NCBI RefSeq assembly: GCF_006345805.1
Contig: NC_043011.1
Coordinates: 46,202,464 to 46,266,463 of the forward strand
DNA from: Octopus sinensis
Taxonomy: Eukaryota
DNA length: 64,000 bases
Direction: 5' to 3'
The translations under genes and the position numbers were made by a program. The notes below the pieces were generated by a model. That model worked only from the letters and a program-made list of their open reading frames with translations, ran no database searches and was not told the DNA's origin. Below are positions 1 to 13,984 of the stretch, piece after piece. Within the stretch, counting starts at the first letter, position 1. Each line of letters begins with the position of its first letter.

Positions 1-840
1 CAAAAAGAGTAAAGATAAAAAAAGAAAGAAGAAAGAGGGAGTGCTTATAGATGCAATTAAACAAGATTATCTGGTGCAATTTGTGTAACATCTTGTATCC
101 AACAAACAATTTACTACAGTGCTTAATAATAATCAAAGCCAACCAGCTAATTAAATAAGTCATGTTTGCAATATATGCAACATATTAACTCAAATACTAA
201 GCTAATTCCACATCTCCTGTCATAACCTTTAGATATTATTAAGGATTAACTGTGATGGCTTTGTTGTTGCAATCCACTAAATTATAGTGTTTGGGTAACT
301 ATCCATTCACAAGCATTGAGCAAACATTGAATGGTTTAAAACTAAACAAAACAGAGATTTTCATGAAAGATAGAAAAGGAGTAAATGAAAAAAAGGAAGA
401 AATGAAAATTAAAACAGAATTACCCAACAGCTTTGGTTACATAATCTTTCGCTTAATAATAATCATTATCCAATATTTGAAGTTGGTTTTTAAGTCTCTT
501 TTAAGTAAGAAGAGCACATGGGGAAAATGAACTCAAAGCTACTGGGAGAAGAATTTAGATATCAGGTAGAGAGTAGATGTCTAATAAATTATAAAATTAT
601 AATCAAATGTTGCTGTTGCTAGGCCAGAGCCTCTCAAAGCAATTTAGTAAGGTGGAACAAAATTGCTTTCAGGTCTCAGGGTGGGTGATAGTGGGGTGGT
701 TCCTTTTCAAATCTAAGAGTACTAAGCTTTCTTTCCTTTTAAGAAGGTGATACTGGCTTATAGCCATGGGTTTCTTTACAGTTCTCTGGAGGCTAGCTGA
801 ACATCCCTCTTCTAGGGCCTAGCAATGGCAATATAGGTGT

Positions 841-1262
841 TCATCATCATCATCATCATCATCGTTTAACGTCCGCTTTCCATGCTAGCATGGGTTGGAC
901 GGTTCAACTGGGGTCTGGGAAGCCCGAAGGCTGCACCAGGCCAGTCAGATCTGGCAGTGTTTCTACAGCTGGATGCCCTTCCTAACGCCAACCACTCTGT
1001 GAGTGTAGTGGGTGCTTTTTATGTGCCACCGACACAGGTGCCAGATGAGGCTGGTGAATAGCCATGCTTGGATGGTGCTTTTTACCTGCCACTGGCACGG
1101 AGGCCAGGCGAGGCTAGCAAACAGCCATGCTCGGATGGTGTTTGTTAAGTGCCACCGGCATGGAGGCCAGTCGATGCGGCGCTGGCTACGGCCACGTTCG
1201 GATGGTTCTCTTACGTGCCACCGTCACTTGTATCACAACTACAAATTCCATAAACAATTAAG
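841..1262 (-). mobile_element. RTE-type LINE 3' UTR fragment with (GAT)n tail
   Basis: (CAT)n followed by CGTTTAACGTCCGCTTTCCATGCTAGCATGGG...; same sequence as copies that join an RTE-like ORF C-terminus at 9249-9351, 46820 and 63300. Confidence 0.75.
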
Positions 1263-1689
1263 ATTACAAGCAATTTTATGAGATTAAATCAATATATTTG
1301 AGCCAAACAAAAAAAAAAAAGAAAAAAGAAAAAAAAATACAATGTCATATGTTTGTATTATGGAACATTTGTTTCTTTCACTTCAAGATTGGAAACTAAT
1401 TCATCTACGTTAATTGTATATTAAGAGTTAAAAAATCTTTTTCAATAGAGAACTGCTGGTAGAGATCTATCAAAGAGAACTCTTCAAATACACATTCAAG
1501 ACTACATCCAAGTAAAATAAAATTGCAAATAAAACAACAAGATTCCTGTTATGACCTATGGCTTGTTATTAAGCCATTTTTCTTTGGTCTCTTCTATAGC
1601 TAATACAATGATCTCTTCTGAATTTAGTAATTCTGTGTCCATCCCCCATGGAAAAAACCTACCACAATGCACTTGCTTTTCTCCACCCA

Positions 1690-1925
1690 TTATATATTTC
1701 TTTACTGCCCACAAGGGGCTAAACATAGAGGGGACAAACAAGGACAGACGAAGGGATTGAGTCGATTATATCGTCCCCAGTGCGAAACTGGTACTTAATT
1801 TATCGACTCCGAAAGGATGAAAGGCAAAGTTGACCTCGGCGGAATTTGAACTCAGAACGTAACGACAGACGAAATACCGCTAAGCATTTTGCCTGGTGCG
1901 CTAACGTGTCTGCCAGCTCGCTGAT
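1690..1925 (-). mobile_element. SINE family E (GAGCTGGCAGAAACGTTAG head)
   Basis: Reverse complement of the GAGCTGGCAG...GAGTTCAAATTCCGCCGAGGTCGAC...TAAGTACCAGTT...GGGGTCGAT family seen at 25335, 30466 and 55947. Confidence 0.8.
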
Positions 1926-1939
1926 AATGCGAAGTGCAT

Positions 1940-1952
1940 ATCTATCTATCTA

Positions 1953-2004
<52 letters not shown>

Positions 2005-2200
2005 ATCCTTGCTGAGCTTGACTGCTTCTTGAACCTGTAATTGCACTTTCCAAGCATAAAATTTTAAATGATTTTTGAGCCCAGAAAGGTGTATGAAGAG
2101 CTGATCACAAATACTGCAACAGCATCTTGTTTCAGCATTGACTTCATTATCTGCTTGTTTATTACGAATGTCCAAGTGCGACAATCTTCTTTGTGAATTA
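1940..2200 (-). mobile_element. Degenerate LINE 3' end encoding a C2H2-like zinc finger, with (ACAG/ATAG)n tail
   Basis: Minus-strand translation CCSICDQLFIHLSGLKNHLKFY (C-x2-C-x12-H, second His lost) followed within ~60 nt by a tetranucleotide tail; resembles RTE-type ORF C-termini. Confidence 0.45.
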
Positions 2201-2224
2201 TAGGTTTTATATATATATATACAT

Positions 2225-2273
<49 letters not shown>

Positions 2274-2276
<3 letters not shown>

Positions 2277-2337
2277 TTTATGTATGTTTTATCTAAAGTA
2301 TGTACATGAGAAATACAATCTTGTGTATGGATGTGTG

Positions 2338-2369
<32 letters not shown>

Positions 2370-2556
2370 ATATATATGAATAAATGAAAAGAATGGAGTC
2401 GAACGAAGATTTTATCTCCATTCTTTTCATTTATTCATATAAAAAAACACACAAATTTCCAGTAAAACTTCAACCGTGTTTTACTGAAGTGAATTTGCTA
2501 CCCAGGTATCGATTAACAGAATTATCCATACTAGGATAATTCATTCATCTACTTTA

Positions 2557-2610
<54 letters not shown>

Positions 2611-2687
2611 GTATATGTATATGCACACATACATACACAAGATTGTATTTCTCATGTACATACTTTAGATAAAACATACATAAACTG
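2274..2687. repeat. ~64-bp inverted repeat pair (2274-2337 / 2624-2687) enclosing a nested-hairpin element within (TA)n
   Basis: CAGTTTATGTATGTTTTATCTAAAGTATGTACATGAGAAATACAATCTTGTGTATG is the reverse complement of the sequence ending at 2687; internal ~23-bp perfect hairpin near 2376-2438 plus two smaller hairpins. Confidence 0.85.
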
Positions 2688-3293
2688 CTATATAAGGTCT
2701 GGTGTCTAAGAAAACTGATGAAATACTATACACTCATATACCCTCTAGATCTTAGCCATAAGTTTTCTGGTGTTTCTTTTCTAATGTATTTAGTATAAAG
2801 GGAAAGCTTAGGGCCATCAATCACTCATATAAGAAGACTAAGATGACAGGAAGAATACAGCGATTCGTTTGTCATTCGTGTTTAATTTAAGTTGTTGAAG
2901 ATTAAATGTCAGAAAGAAACCATGAAGAAGCCACCAGAGCTTTTTAAAGGAACTCAGTTATAGGAGGGAATGAACCAAATAGAATGTTTGGTATAGGCAT
3001 GTTAAGATTTGTGAGTAGGAGTGAAAGGCAGGAAGAGACAGCTGCTAAATAGTTTCAATGACCGGTGGGGCGTTTGTGCCTGTGTTTTTTTTTATGCAGG
3101 TAAATATTTTAAAGCTATTTAACTCTTTTTCTAAATCTCAAGAATCTATTAGCGCCAGAAACTACTGACATCTATAAGATGTTAGAAATGGATGAAAAAT
3201 AACTTTCCTTAATAGCAATTGTCTGAATGTAGACGCCTCTAATAAAAACCCAATAAGGTTCGTAAATCCATTAAGGTTGTTCATCATTTCTAT

Positions 3294-3457
3294 AGGTGTA
3301 GGAGTGGCTGTGTGGTAAGTAGCTTTCTTACCAACCACATGGTTCTGGGTTCAGTCCCACTGTGTGGCACCTTGGGAAAGTGTCTTCTACTATAACCTCA
3401 GGCCGACCAAAGCCTTGTGAGTGGATTTGGTAGACAGAAACTGAAAGAAGTCCTGTC

Positions 3458-3500
<43 letters not shown>

Positions 3501-3728
3501 TGTTGTGTGTGTGTGTGTGTGTGTTTGTTCCCCCAACATTGCTTGACAACTGATGCTGGTGTGTTTACATCCCCCGTAACTTAGTGGTTCGGTAAAAGAG
3601 ACTCATAGAATAAGTACTAGGCTTGCAAAGAATAAGTCCTGGGGTCGATTTGTTCGACAAAAGGCGGTGCTCCAGCATGGCCACAGTCAAATGACGGAAA
3701 CAATTAAAAGAGTAAAAGAGTAAAAGAG
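3294..3728 (+). mobile_element. tRNA-derived SINE family A (internal TA/TG microsatellite, AGTAAAAG tail)
   Basis: A-box TGGCTGTGTGGT, B-box GGTTCAGTCC; at least 10 copies in the window. Confidence 0.9.
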
Positions 3729-5154
3729 ATGTTCCCAAAGAAGGATCAACTGAAATAATATATTGAGAAGGTGTTTTGTCACTAAATGAATCACAGCTTC
3801 TCCAACAAATTTGAACTCATGACCTATAAGTAATCAGAATACGATTAAATTGATTAGTTATGCAGTTCTGTTTGAGAAATAAGTGTAGTTAAAATTCTGT
3901 ATTCTCCTTAAATAGAATATATTAAAGAAGACCCAATAAGGATGGTGGGAAATAGTTTGACCCCTGTTATGTAACAATTTAGATAAGGTCAGAATTAACG
4001 TCAAGAGCTTTGAAAAGCTGGATTAATAACAGGATCAATAACAGCAGCTACGTCATTGACCATCTTATTGTTGTTAAGATGAAGAAGATATTTGGATAGC
4101 GCCAACAAAAATTTTATCAGTTAAGATGGGTTAAACATTAGAAGTAACCTTGGAACTGTGAATCTTTAACCTCTACAGCTGAAGCTGTAAACATTTTAAG
4201 ATTTGGATACGAGTTAGTTAAATATTAATGCAAACTTTCCGTTACGGCTTGTACATGTCATCAATGCCGGAAAGTAACAGAGTATTGAATAACATCTGTG
4301 CATGAAAGTTTTATAACTTGCTGGAAGTAGTTATTGTAATACTTGTGAATGAGATGGTAATTTCGTAGAACGGTGTTCATCTCTCTGCAAACCAAATCTG
4401 AAAACTATTTGCATTTCCTGGTTGAAGCTATATCTATGTTGTTAGATTGCTAATGATCTTGGGAAACGGTATGAATAATACACTACATTATTTCCCCAGT
4501 CTAATGTTTTGTATACAAGAAATAAATATTTGGATCGGATGAATTTAAATATTATAATTTGTCTTTTAGTTTCAAATAAATAACATAATTTCTGAATCAT
4601 TATGAGACAGAAAAACAGATGTTATAACAAAGATAATGAAATAAATAAATACTAATTTAAGAGGCAAATCTTCTCTTTTAGATTATCCTGCTGAATTCAA
4701 TAAATTTCCAATCAATAAATAGGACAGAACTGCCTTAGAGAAAATTACTTTACTTTTAGCTACAAAATTAAAAGAGAAATAACTGTAAATGTTTTCAAAG
4801 TCAGATGAATTTAACCAAACAGAAATGTTTACCAAATAAGGAATGTTCACTTTTACACAATTATTAGACAAAGAATGATTTTAGCAAGAACAAGAGAGAG
4901 TCAAAGCAGGCGACAATTTATTTCTTATGATCAGTGTTACATTGACGCCTCTATACAACTGACTGTTTGTTACTAACAGGTACCATTTACAGGAGGAGTT
5001 TGTCTTTATGGATAACCAGGGCATTGTATAATTGATGAATGCTTCCAATGCTGCACTCAGTCCTCCATTTTTGCCCCAACTCTGAAGGCAGCACCAAGGA
5101 ACTTGTATATTGTGTCTTCTCTAGAATCATGACACAAAGACATTTTGAGTGGTT

Positions 5155-5520
5155 GGCACTCCGTCGGTTACGACATCAAGGGTTCCAGTTGATCCGATCA
5201 ACGGAACAGCCTGCTCGGGAAATTAATGTGCAAGTGGCTGAGCACTCCACAGACACGTGTACTCTTAACATAGTTCTCAGGGAGATTCAGTGTGACACAG
5301 AGTGTGACAAGGCTGGCTCTTTGAAATACAGGTAGAAGAAAAACAGGAAGAAAGAGTGGTGAAAGAGTACAGCAGGGTTCGCCACCATCCCCTGCCGGAG
5401 CCTTGTAGAACTTTAGGTGTTTTTGCTCAATAAACACGCACAATGCCCGGTCTCGGAATTGAAACTGCAATCCTACGACTGTGAGACCGCTGCCCTAACC
5501 ACTGGGCCGTTGCACCCCCA
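5155..5520 (-). mobile_element. tRNA-derived SINE family B
   Basis: Head GGCCCAGTGGTTAGGGCAGCGG...GGTTTCAATT; 3' end GTAACCGACGGAGTGC; multiple copies. Confidence 0.9.
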
Positions 5521-5844
5521 CAAACATTTTAAGTAGTCTACAGAATATTACATACTTTAGTTAGTGTCATCTGCTGCCATCTTTTTTAAAATATCATCAT
5601 CCATTGTTAAAACTTGTGAGAATAACAACATGTAAGTAGTTTAGTTGTAAAATTATACATTCTAAAAACTCTCTGAATGAACTTAGTGACTTGATGTGTT
5701 CTAAGTATAAAACAAATCAACGCTGAATGTTATTTTTAATCCAAAAATAAACTTTTATTACTTTTTTACTCTGCAACTGAACAGTAACCTTTGCTTAATC
5801 ACAGATCAGTAAAGTAAACAATAGCTACACACTATAAGTGCTGC

Positions 5845-6060
5845 TAGACAGTGAATGGCCTGTTGGTTAGGGTGCTGAGCTCACAATCATAAAGGTGTGG
5901 GTTCAGTTCCTGACCAGGCAGTGTCTTGTATCCTTGAGCGAGGCCCTTAATTTTACAATTCTCGAAAATGCGTTGCGGCATCAGCTGTTGTAGGTGAAGG
6001 TTAACCCTGTCACAGACTGGCCTCCTGTTCAGGGGAGGGCATGGGTAGATTGTATTCTCT
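5845..6060 (+). mobile_element. Degenerate tRNA-derived SINE
   Basis: TGGCCTGTTGGTTAG A-box and GGTTCAGTTCC B-box, followed by TCCTTGAGC and AACCCTGTCACAGACTGG...CAGGGG. Confidence 0.55.
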
Positions 6061-6435
6061 TTCACTTAAGCATTTCGGAAACAAGATAAAGCTTTAGAGT
6101 AATGAGTCTGTCATCTCAAGACTTTTAACTTTATCTTTAAGAAACCCAGCAAAGCAATCAGCATCACTGTAACCAGTATTGTTATTGTCTTTATCAATTA
6201 TTTCGTAATTTAATGAACTACCTTTTGATGCAATTTATTCCACCCCCTTAATCAAAATGGTATTTTTAGTAACTAACTATCAGACACTTGAAATGTCAAT
6301 CTTGAACAGTTAACATGCAGTTCAATTTGAAAAATTAGCTGGTTTGAGTCAATAATTTTGTCCTTGAAGTGATTTATAAACTGATTCATTCACTCCAAAG
6401 CAGTTAAAGATTTAAAAAGAAAGCGAAATTATCCC

Positions 6436-6856
<421 letters not shown>

Positions 6857-7269
6857 CAATAAAATAAAATAAAGAAATACTAAACAATGAAATTCAAAGA
6901 AAACCAAATGTTTAAATGCACATCTGCTGCTAATTGTTCAAAATCTCTGGAATGATTTAATAACAAATGACAAGTTTGTTCATTCTTCACAATATCTTAT
7001 TGCTGATTGGTTGAGATCACTCTAACTGATGTTTGAACAGAATGTCATATTATTTAAGACAAGTCTTCTGCAATAACATCTCCATCTTTTTGGAACGCCA
7101 GACAATATTGACAGAATTTTAGCTCTTCATGTCATCTGTATGATAGGTATTTTACAGAAGAATGTCTCCTTGGAACAATTGGCAATTATGTTTAAACAAC
7201 AAAATACAAAGGCAATGACAAGCACACTCATATATATATATATATACATACTGTATATAAGTTCATTAC

Positions 7270-7301
<32 letters not shown>

Positions 7302-7383
7302 TGTGTGTATGTATATATATATATATATATTATATATATATATATTATATATATATATATGTATATGTATGTATATGTGTATA

Positions 7384-7422
<39 letters not shown>

Positions 7423-7511
7423 TATATATGCCCTCCTGGGGTTAAAAAGAGTAGTAACAGTGTTATGTACAAAACAACCACGCTGAGGTGGTAACAACCA
7501 TGACTTATATA

Positions 7512-7912
7512 TACTCTTTTACTCTTTTACTTATTTCAGCTATTTGCTTGCGGCCATGCTGGGGCACCACCTTTAGTCAAACGAAACGACCCCAGGACTT
7601 ATTCTTTGTAAGCCTAGTTCTTATTCTATCGGTTTCTTTTGCCGAACCACTATGTTACGGGTACATAAACACACCACTATCGGTTGTAAGCGATGTTGGA
7701 GAGGGGGACAAACACAGACACACAAACTGATACACACACATGCATATATACGACAGGCTTCTTTCAGTTTCCGTCTACCAAATCCACTCACAAGTCTTTG
7801 TTTGGCCCATGGCTATAGTAGAAGACACTTGCCCAAGGTGCCACACAGTGGGACTGAACCCGAAACCATGTGGTTGGTAAGCAAGCTACTTACCACACAG
7901 CCACTCCTATGC
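7512..7912 (-). mobile_element. SINE family A
   Basis: Full-length reverse-complement copy. Confidence 0.9.
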
Positions 7913-8727
7913 TCCGTGAATATAGTTTTTAAAATAAGTACCAGTTGGTATAATCAACTTACATCCTCCACCAAACTTGTTGGTCTTGTGCCAAAATTTG
8001 AAATCAATATAAGGAGTGAGAACTCTTAAGGCAGGTTCTATGGTTATATTTGATGATAAAGGATCCTTAACTTAAAATTTTTAAGGCATATTCTATGGAA
8101 AGAGCACTGAAGAAATCTTCTATAAGAACCATAAAAAATTAGAAATAAATAGTAGGAAATAATCAATTTTGGTATCTCCATGCCTTTCTCAAAGAACATT
8201 AGCAATCTGAAATTAGCAACCAGAAATCAAAATTAGATAGCAACCTGTATATTGAAGGATTTTACTTTCTATTTTATAATTGCTCGCTGAACTTCCATTA
8301 AACCTTACCATGTTCCATGCTACAACACTTCAAGCCATAAGATACTCAAACAAAAATAAAGCTTGCTGCATATCCTACTTATCAAATATTGATCTGATAT
8401 TTTGCTTCTTTTGTTAAGGATCCAGTAATGGTGTGAAGAAGCAGATCAGATGTCTTCATCATTTCAATTTTAGTGCTTGTAATTAAATGTATCCTTTGCA
8501 TGCCTTCCAATCAATGACAAATACGTATGTGCACAAGTACACACACGCAAGCACACACACACACACACACAGAAGCACACACGCACATATATAAATTTTA
8601 TCAATCAATAATGGTATCAAGTAACATCTAAGTCAGTTAAACCTGGAAGAGTGCAGTGAAAATGGCACACCAAATCAATGATTCTCTCCAGAGACTTCTG
8701 CTGAAAACTTTAGCCATATTTTAGCAT

Positions 8728-9351
8728 GACCACAATCATCATCATCATCATCATCATCGTTTAACGTCCGTTTTCCATGCTAGCATGGGTTGGACGGTTC
8801 AACCAGAGTCTGGGAAGCCAGGCGGCTGCACCAGGCTCCAGTCTGATCTGGCAGTGTTTCTACAACTGGATGCCCTTCCTAATACCACCACTCCATGAAT
8901 GTAGTGGGTGCTTTTTACATGCCACCGGCACAGGGGCCAGAGGAGGCTGGCAATAGCCATGATCAGTTAGGGCTTTTTACGTGCCAGCAGCACAGAAGCC
9001 AGCCAAGTCGGCACTGGCATCGGCCACATTCGGATGGTGATTTTTATGTGCCACTGACATGGGTATCACAACTACAATTCCATTTGATTTTTATTTTGAT
9101 GTAGATGTACTTGACTCAATAGGTCTCCTGAAGACAAGCAGGTCACCCCAGGATCCAAGGTAAGCACTGCAGGCCGTCCTGCGACCCAAGGTACTTTGAA
9201 TGGGCTGGGGGTGGTTATGTGAAGTTGGTGTAGGATACAGCCATGAACTCACTTTATTTGTCGGGTCTTCACAATCACAGCATATCTCCAGAGGTCTTGG
9301 TCTTTCGTCATTGCCTCTGTGAGGCCCAATGTTCGAAGGTCATGCTTGACC
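8728..9351 (-). mobile_element. 5'-truncated RTE-clade LINE (last ~33 codons of ORF plus 3' UTR plus (GAT)n)
   Basis: Minus strand 9351-9249 reads KHDLRTLGLTEAMTKDQDLWRYAVIVKTRQIK*, a DR-x-x-W-R-type C-terminus typical of RTE ORFs; (CAT)n at 8728. Confidence 0.75.
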
Positions 9352-9777
9352 TTAAATATTTGATATTTTGAAATGTCACAACAAGGTAGACTTTGGTATT
9401 AGATAATACACTGAAAGGGGGTGGTGAGCTGGCAGAATTGTTAGCATGGACAACATGCTTAGCAGAATTTAAACCATCTTTACGTTTTCAGTTCAATTTC
9501 CACAAATATTCTAAAACATTTGCTAAAATGACATTGGCAGGTTCAGGTATGACTATGATTAAAAAGTTTGATTCCCAGGTGCGTGATTTTAGGTTCAGTC
9601 CCACTGTGTGGCATCTAGGGCAGGTGAGTGCATTTGGTAGATGGAAGCTGAAAGAAGCCATGTGTGTGTATGTGTGTGTTATACACACATATATCTGTAT
9701 ATATAAATGTCAGTATATATGATATATATATGTGCATGTATGCCTCTCTCTGTGTGTCATCATCATCATCAATATAC

Positions 9778-9861
<84 letters not shown>

Positions 9862-9864
<3 letters not shown>

Positions 9865-9982
9865 ATCCAAACAAGGAAGCACAACGCGAGGACGTGGAAC
9901 AAATATAGTATTATTGGATGCTCAGGAAAGAAGGAAAGAAGGAGGGTTTAACATTTCGAGCGGAGCTCTTCGTCGGAAACAT
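9862..9982 (-). mobile_element. Penelope-like pLTR fragment with minimal hammerhead motif, inside (TA)n
   Basis: Minus 9980-9946: GTTT-CCGACGA-A-GAGC(TCC)GCTC-GAAA-TG-TT-AAAC; downstream part homologous to 40853-40940. Confidence 0.6.
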
Positions 9983-10217
9983 ATATATATATATATATGT
10001 AAAAGTGAGTTTTGAGTGATATGTTATCTGGGTGGATATCATATTAGCTCTCAGTTAAGTTTGAGTTAATGGCTAGCCAAAATGATTAGCATCTAGCATC
10101 TGTGACCCACTTCAAGGACGATCAAATGGCCGGACCCTGATGAAGCTGCATCAACAATATTGCAAGATTACATACATACATATATATACATATATATATA
10201 TATATAATATATATATA

Positions 10218-10270
<53 letters not shown>

Positions 10271-10274
10271 AATG

Positions 10275-10432
10275 TAAAAAAAATACAAACTGGGACAAGA
10301 ACGTGAAACATTTAGAAGACAATACAAAAAACACGGACGGGACATTCGAAGCCTTCAATCTTCAGTCAAGAACCAGATCATCTTCGCAATTTCGGCTGAT
10401 TAATCTTGAGATTGCTCCGATCTGGCCAGCCC
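10275..10432. mobile_element. Short non-coding insert in (TA)n, possibly a Penelope-like pLTR fragment
   Basis: Unique sequence bounded on both sides by (TA)n; GCAAT...ATTGC hairpin; only degenerate CTGAAGA/GAA motifs. Confidence 0.35.
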
Positions 10433-10694
10433 CTATATATATATATATTATATGTATATATTATAAGGTGTATTCCATTAAGAACGTAGCAGAGTACAAT
10501 AGAGCTCTTTCACCCTGAGAACTACCAAATTGCTGGTAGTATTACAGTATACTTCCAAGTCTAGGTTTAGACATTCATAATGTATCGAAATGTGTAGTGT
10601 TTATTAAATAGATGTCTAACTATACTCCTCCTTATTGGCTCTATTTTATCCTTTTTTTTCAATTATATATGTGTGTGGTGTGTGTGTGAGTGTG

Positions 10695-10726
<32 letters not shown>

Positions 10727-11192
10727 CATACGCACACACACACATTTATATATTGTCATGTATCAGTCTTTCATCATGAATTTATGACCAAGTTACTGCT
10801 ACTTCATATGTATTATCATAGATGTACAACAAAAGACTTTGATACATAATAATATATATTATTATAAAAATGCTAAAACGAAATATTACAGAAAAACCTA
10901 CAAAAACCAATGAAGACATCTGAACGCCATGCATAGATTATGTTTTATATGACCAACTCAACTCTACAATATTACACCTGACTTTTCTCCATCACATTAT
11001 TTCATGTCAAATCTTTTGCTAAGTGGCTACAACATTGCTAAATATTTACAAATGCAGGCAAAATCTTGTCCATACACACACAGCTATACTTTTACGAGTT
11101 TACACACATTGGTGATTATTTTCTCAATCAGGTGTGTAGCCATCACGAAGAGTTATGTGCTGCAACACCTCTCCCGTTACATTATTTTCTTA

Positions 11193-11512
11193 CAGTATGG
11201 CTCAGTGGTTAGAGCATTGGGCTCACTACCATGTGATAGTGAGTTCGATTCCCGGACTGGGCTGTGTGTTGTGTTCTTAAGCAAGACACTTTATTTCACG
11301 TTGCTCCAGTTCACTCAGCAGTAGAAATGAGTTGCGATGTCACAGGTGCCAAGCTGCATCAGTCTTTGCCTTTCCCTTGGATAACATCGGTGGCGTGGAG
11401 AGGGGAGGCTGGTATGCATGGCCAACTACTGGTCTTCCATAAACATTACAAAGACTTGTCTCTTGGAGGGGAACTTTCTAGCAATCTCGTAGTCTTTCAT
11501 GACCAAAAGGAG
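11193..11512 (+). mobile_element. tRNA-head SINE family C (CORE-like body, distinct tail)
   Basis: TGGCTCAGTGGTTAG A-box, GAGTTCGATTCCC B-box, TTCACGTTGCTCCAGTTCACTCAG body; homologous to 21918-22257 and 38830-39140. Confidence 0.85.
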
Positions 11513-11744
11513 TCCTTCTTTTTTTAGTAGTGTTAGTGGCAGCAGCAGTAGTAGTAGTAGTAGTAACATCAATTATACAGAAACAAATTATATCTCATAG
11601 ATTAGCTTTCTTTTTCAGGACCACATAACAATTACAGCTTTCAACAGCATTAATCCTCTATAAAATTCAGCTGAGACTCATCATGGTAAACTCTTTCCAT
11701 ACGTGGAATAATACTACAGCTGCTGCTTCACATAGACATTCTAG

Positions 11745-12000
11745 GTTAGCCCACATCACTCTGTAAGGAGCACAGGGGCATAGGGCCATAGGGCCAGTTT
11801 CCTGATTTTCTCTGGTCTATACATTCCTTCCTGGATGGGACACCAATCCATTGCATGAAGCTGAATGGACCTGAGCAATGTGAAATGAAGTGTTTTGCTC
11901 AAGAACAAGATGCATCATCTGGTCCAAGAATCGAAACCACAATTTTACAGTCATGAGTTCATGAGTCCAACACCCTAACCACTAAGCCATGCACCTCCAC
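11745..12000 (-). mobile_element. tRNA-head SINE family D (degenerate)
   Basis: Homologous to 45562-45814 and 54600-54858. Confidence 0.75.
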
Positions 12001-13124
12001 ATCATTCTATATCATCTTCATAAAAAAAAAGGTAAAAGAGTCACCTGACTAATTAGCACTCATTGGTACTTTTCAGCCCCTGGTCAACAGGTGAGCTGTG
12101 TTCTTGCTCTGGCTGTACAACTACTGCTTCACTGTTCCTGGAAGTTAGTTGGTCTCATATCACTTTCACATTTATGTCCAACTCAATTCACCTTTTCTCC
12201 TCTGATCCCCCAAATTGTGACTAGTATAACTAAACTCTTCCCAGAACATCAGCCCTCTGAAAATGCTTCCTTATCTGTGATTTGCCTGCAACTATTGAAG
12301 ATAAACATCAACAGCATCGATCTTGCTGCTTCCTGAAATCCTACAAAAGCCATGGGCTGAAACTCTGCTCCAAGACTAAACCATTAAAAATCTAAACGAA
12401 AAGTAATAATAGCAGAAGCAATTGAAATTTAGAATATCAAGGAAGGAAAGATGGGAAGTCGTGATGTTCATGTCATCTAATGTCATTAGGAGATTAAATA
12501 AGAACCGAAATTAACTTTAGAAATGTAGACAATAATAAAGAACAGCCGAAATCTCCGAAGGCACTATAGTTATTGTTAGCTTTGTTTGAAGATATAAAAT
12601 CTATTAAGTGTTAATTGAATCGTCTGATTGGAATTAAAATGTCAAAGATTTGAATATAAATAAGGAAAGATTTTCTTCATCTAATTGGTAAAATTTCTTC
12701 CCAGTATTTACGTACGTCGTGTGTGTGTGTAAGGAGTAGAATTAATTAAGTAAAATTGATTAAGTAGCAATGAGTTCTCACATCTTACCTATTTTAGACT
12801 TTCTTACTGAGAATATCAACCAGACAGTTTGTTTTGGTTAAATAGTAACCTCGTTATGTTGTTTAATATTCGAAATGTCTAATACAGAATTGTTGTCACC
12901 CAAATTCACTGCTTGCAGCTCTAAGTAGGTCTCCGCTCATTGCATTATATTATGAACATTGTTGCTTTATCGGTGATATCTATAAACAATTTATATTTAC
13001 AGTAAGCAATGGCAAAACATAGCACAACACATCACAAAGAGTATTTTATCTGTGTTGAATTCCAAATGAAATAAAGTAAAACATATTTCAGAATCATTCT
13101 GGCAACAAGATTTCTCTCTCCACA

Positions 13125-13495
<371 letters not shown>

Positions 13496-13555
13496 GATAC
13501 CAAACTATAAAATATCCTGTTGTGCAGCAGTGAATCATAAGCAATAAATGTCTGA

Positions 13556-13960
13556 ATGGGCAGCATAGTAAGAATCTGGGTCTTTGTTTGTATACGCAGT
13601 CCTAATTTATGTGAAAGGACAAGTCCAAGTGAGAGCATAAAACATTTGTGCATGCATCAAAAGGGACATGTTGTTGGTGTCGTTGTTTATTTCTATGGCC
13701 CCCATGTCAACCCTGATCAAGTTATCATGTGGTACACAGCTTACCATCTGAATGATGAAGCAATAAGTCATCTTTCCAGTTGCACCGTGTCTCTGCCTAA
13801 CAGAGGAACATACTACACAATCAAACATGCAATGATGAATGGTATGAGGTGGACAGTACAACAGTCTGGATACACTGCAATCTCTCTAGGCTATTTCTAT
13901 AAAGCTGTAGTTTCAAGAGGTGTCTACAGCAGAAGCAAGCAATGTCAACTTGTTCTATAG
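13556..13960 (+). other. 134-aa non-repetitive ORF of unknown origin
   Basis: Longest non-microsatellite, non-repeat ORF in the window; higher GC than its flanks; no recognisable homology. Confidence 0.15.
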
Positions 13961-13984
13961 TTGCTGTTCCCCTGCACATCTGCA

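Noticed and set aside
4981-5032. Possible terminal exon after TACTAACAG (YHLQEEFVFMDNQGIV*)
   Set aside because: All frames close quickly, with no supporting upstream exon or recognised homology
6905-7245. ~110-codon frame with two stops (pseudogene?)
   Set aside because: No recognisable family; compatible with chance
10137-10143. CTGATGA motif
   Set aside because: No downstream stem II-GAAA or stem I partner
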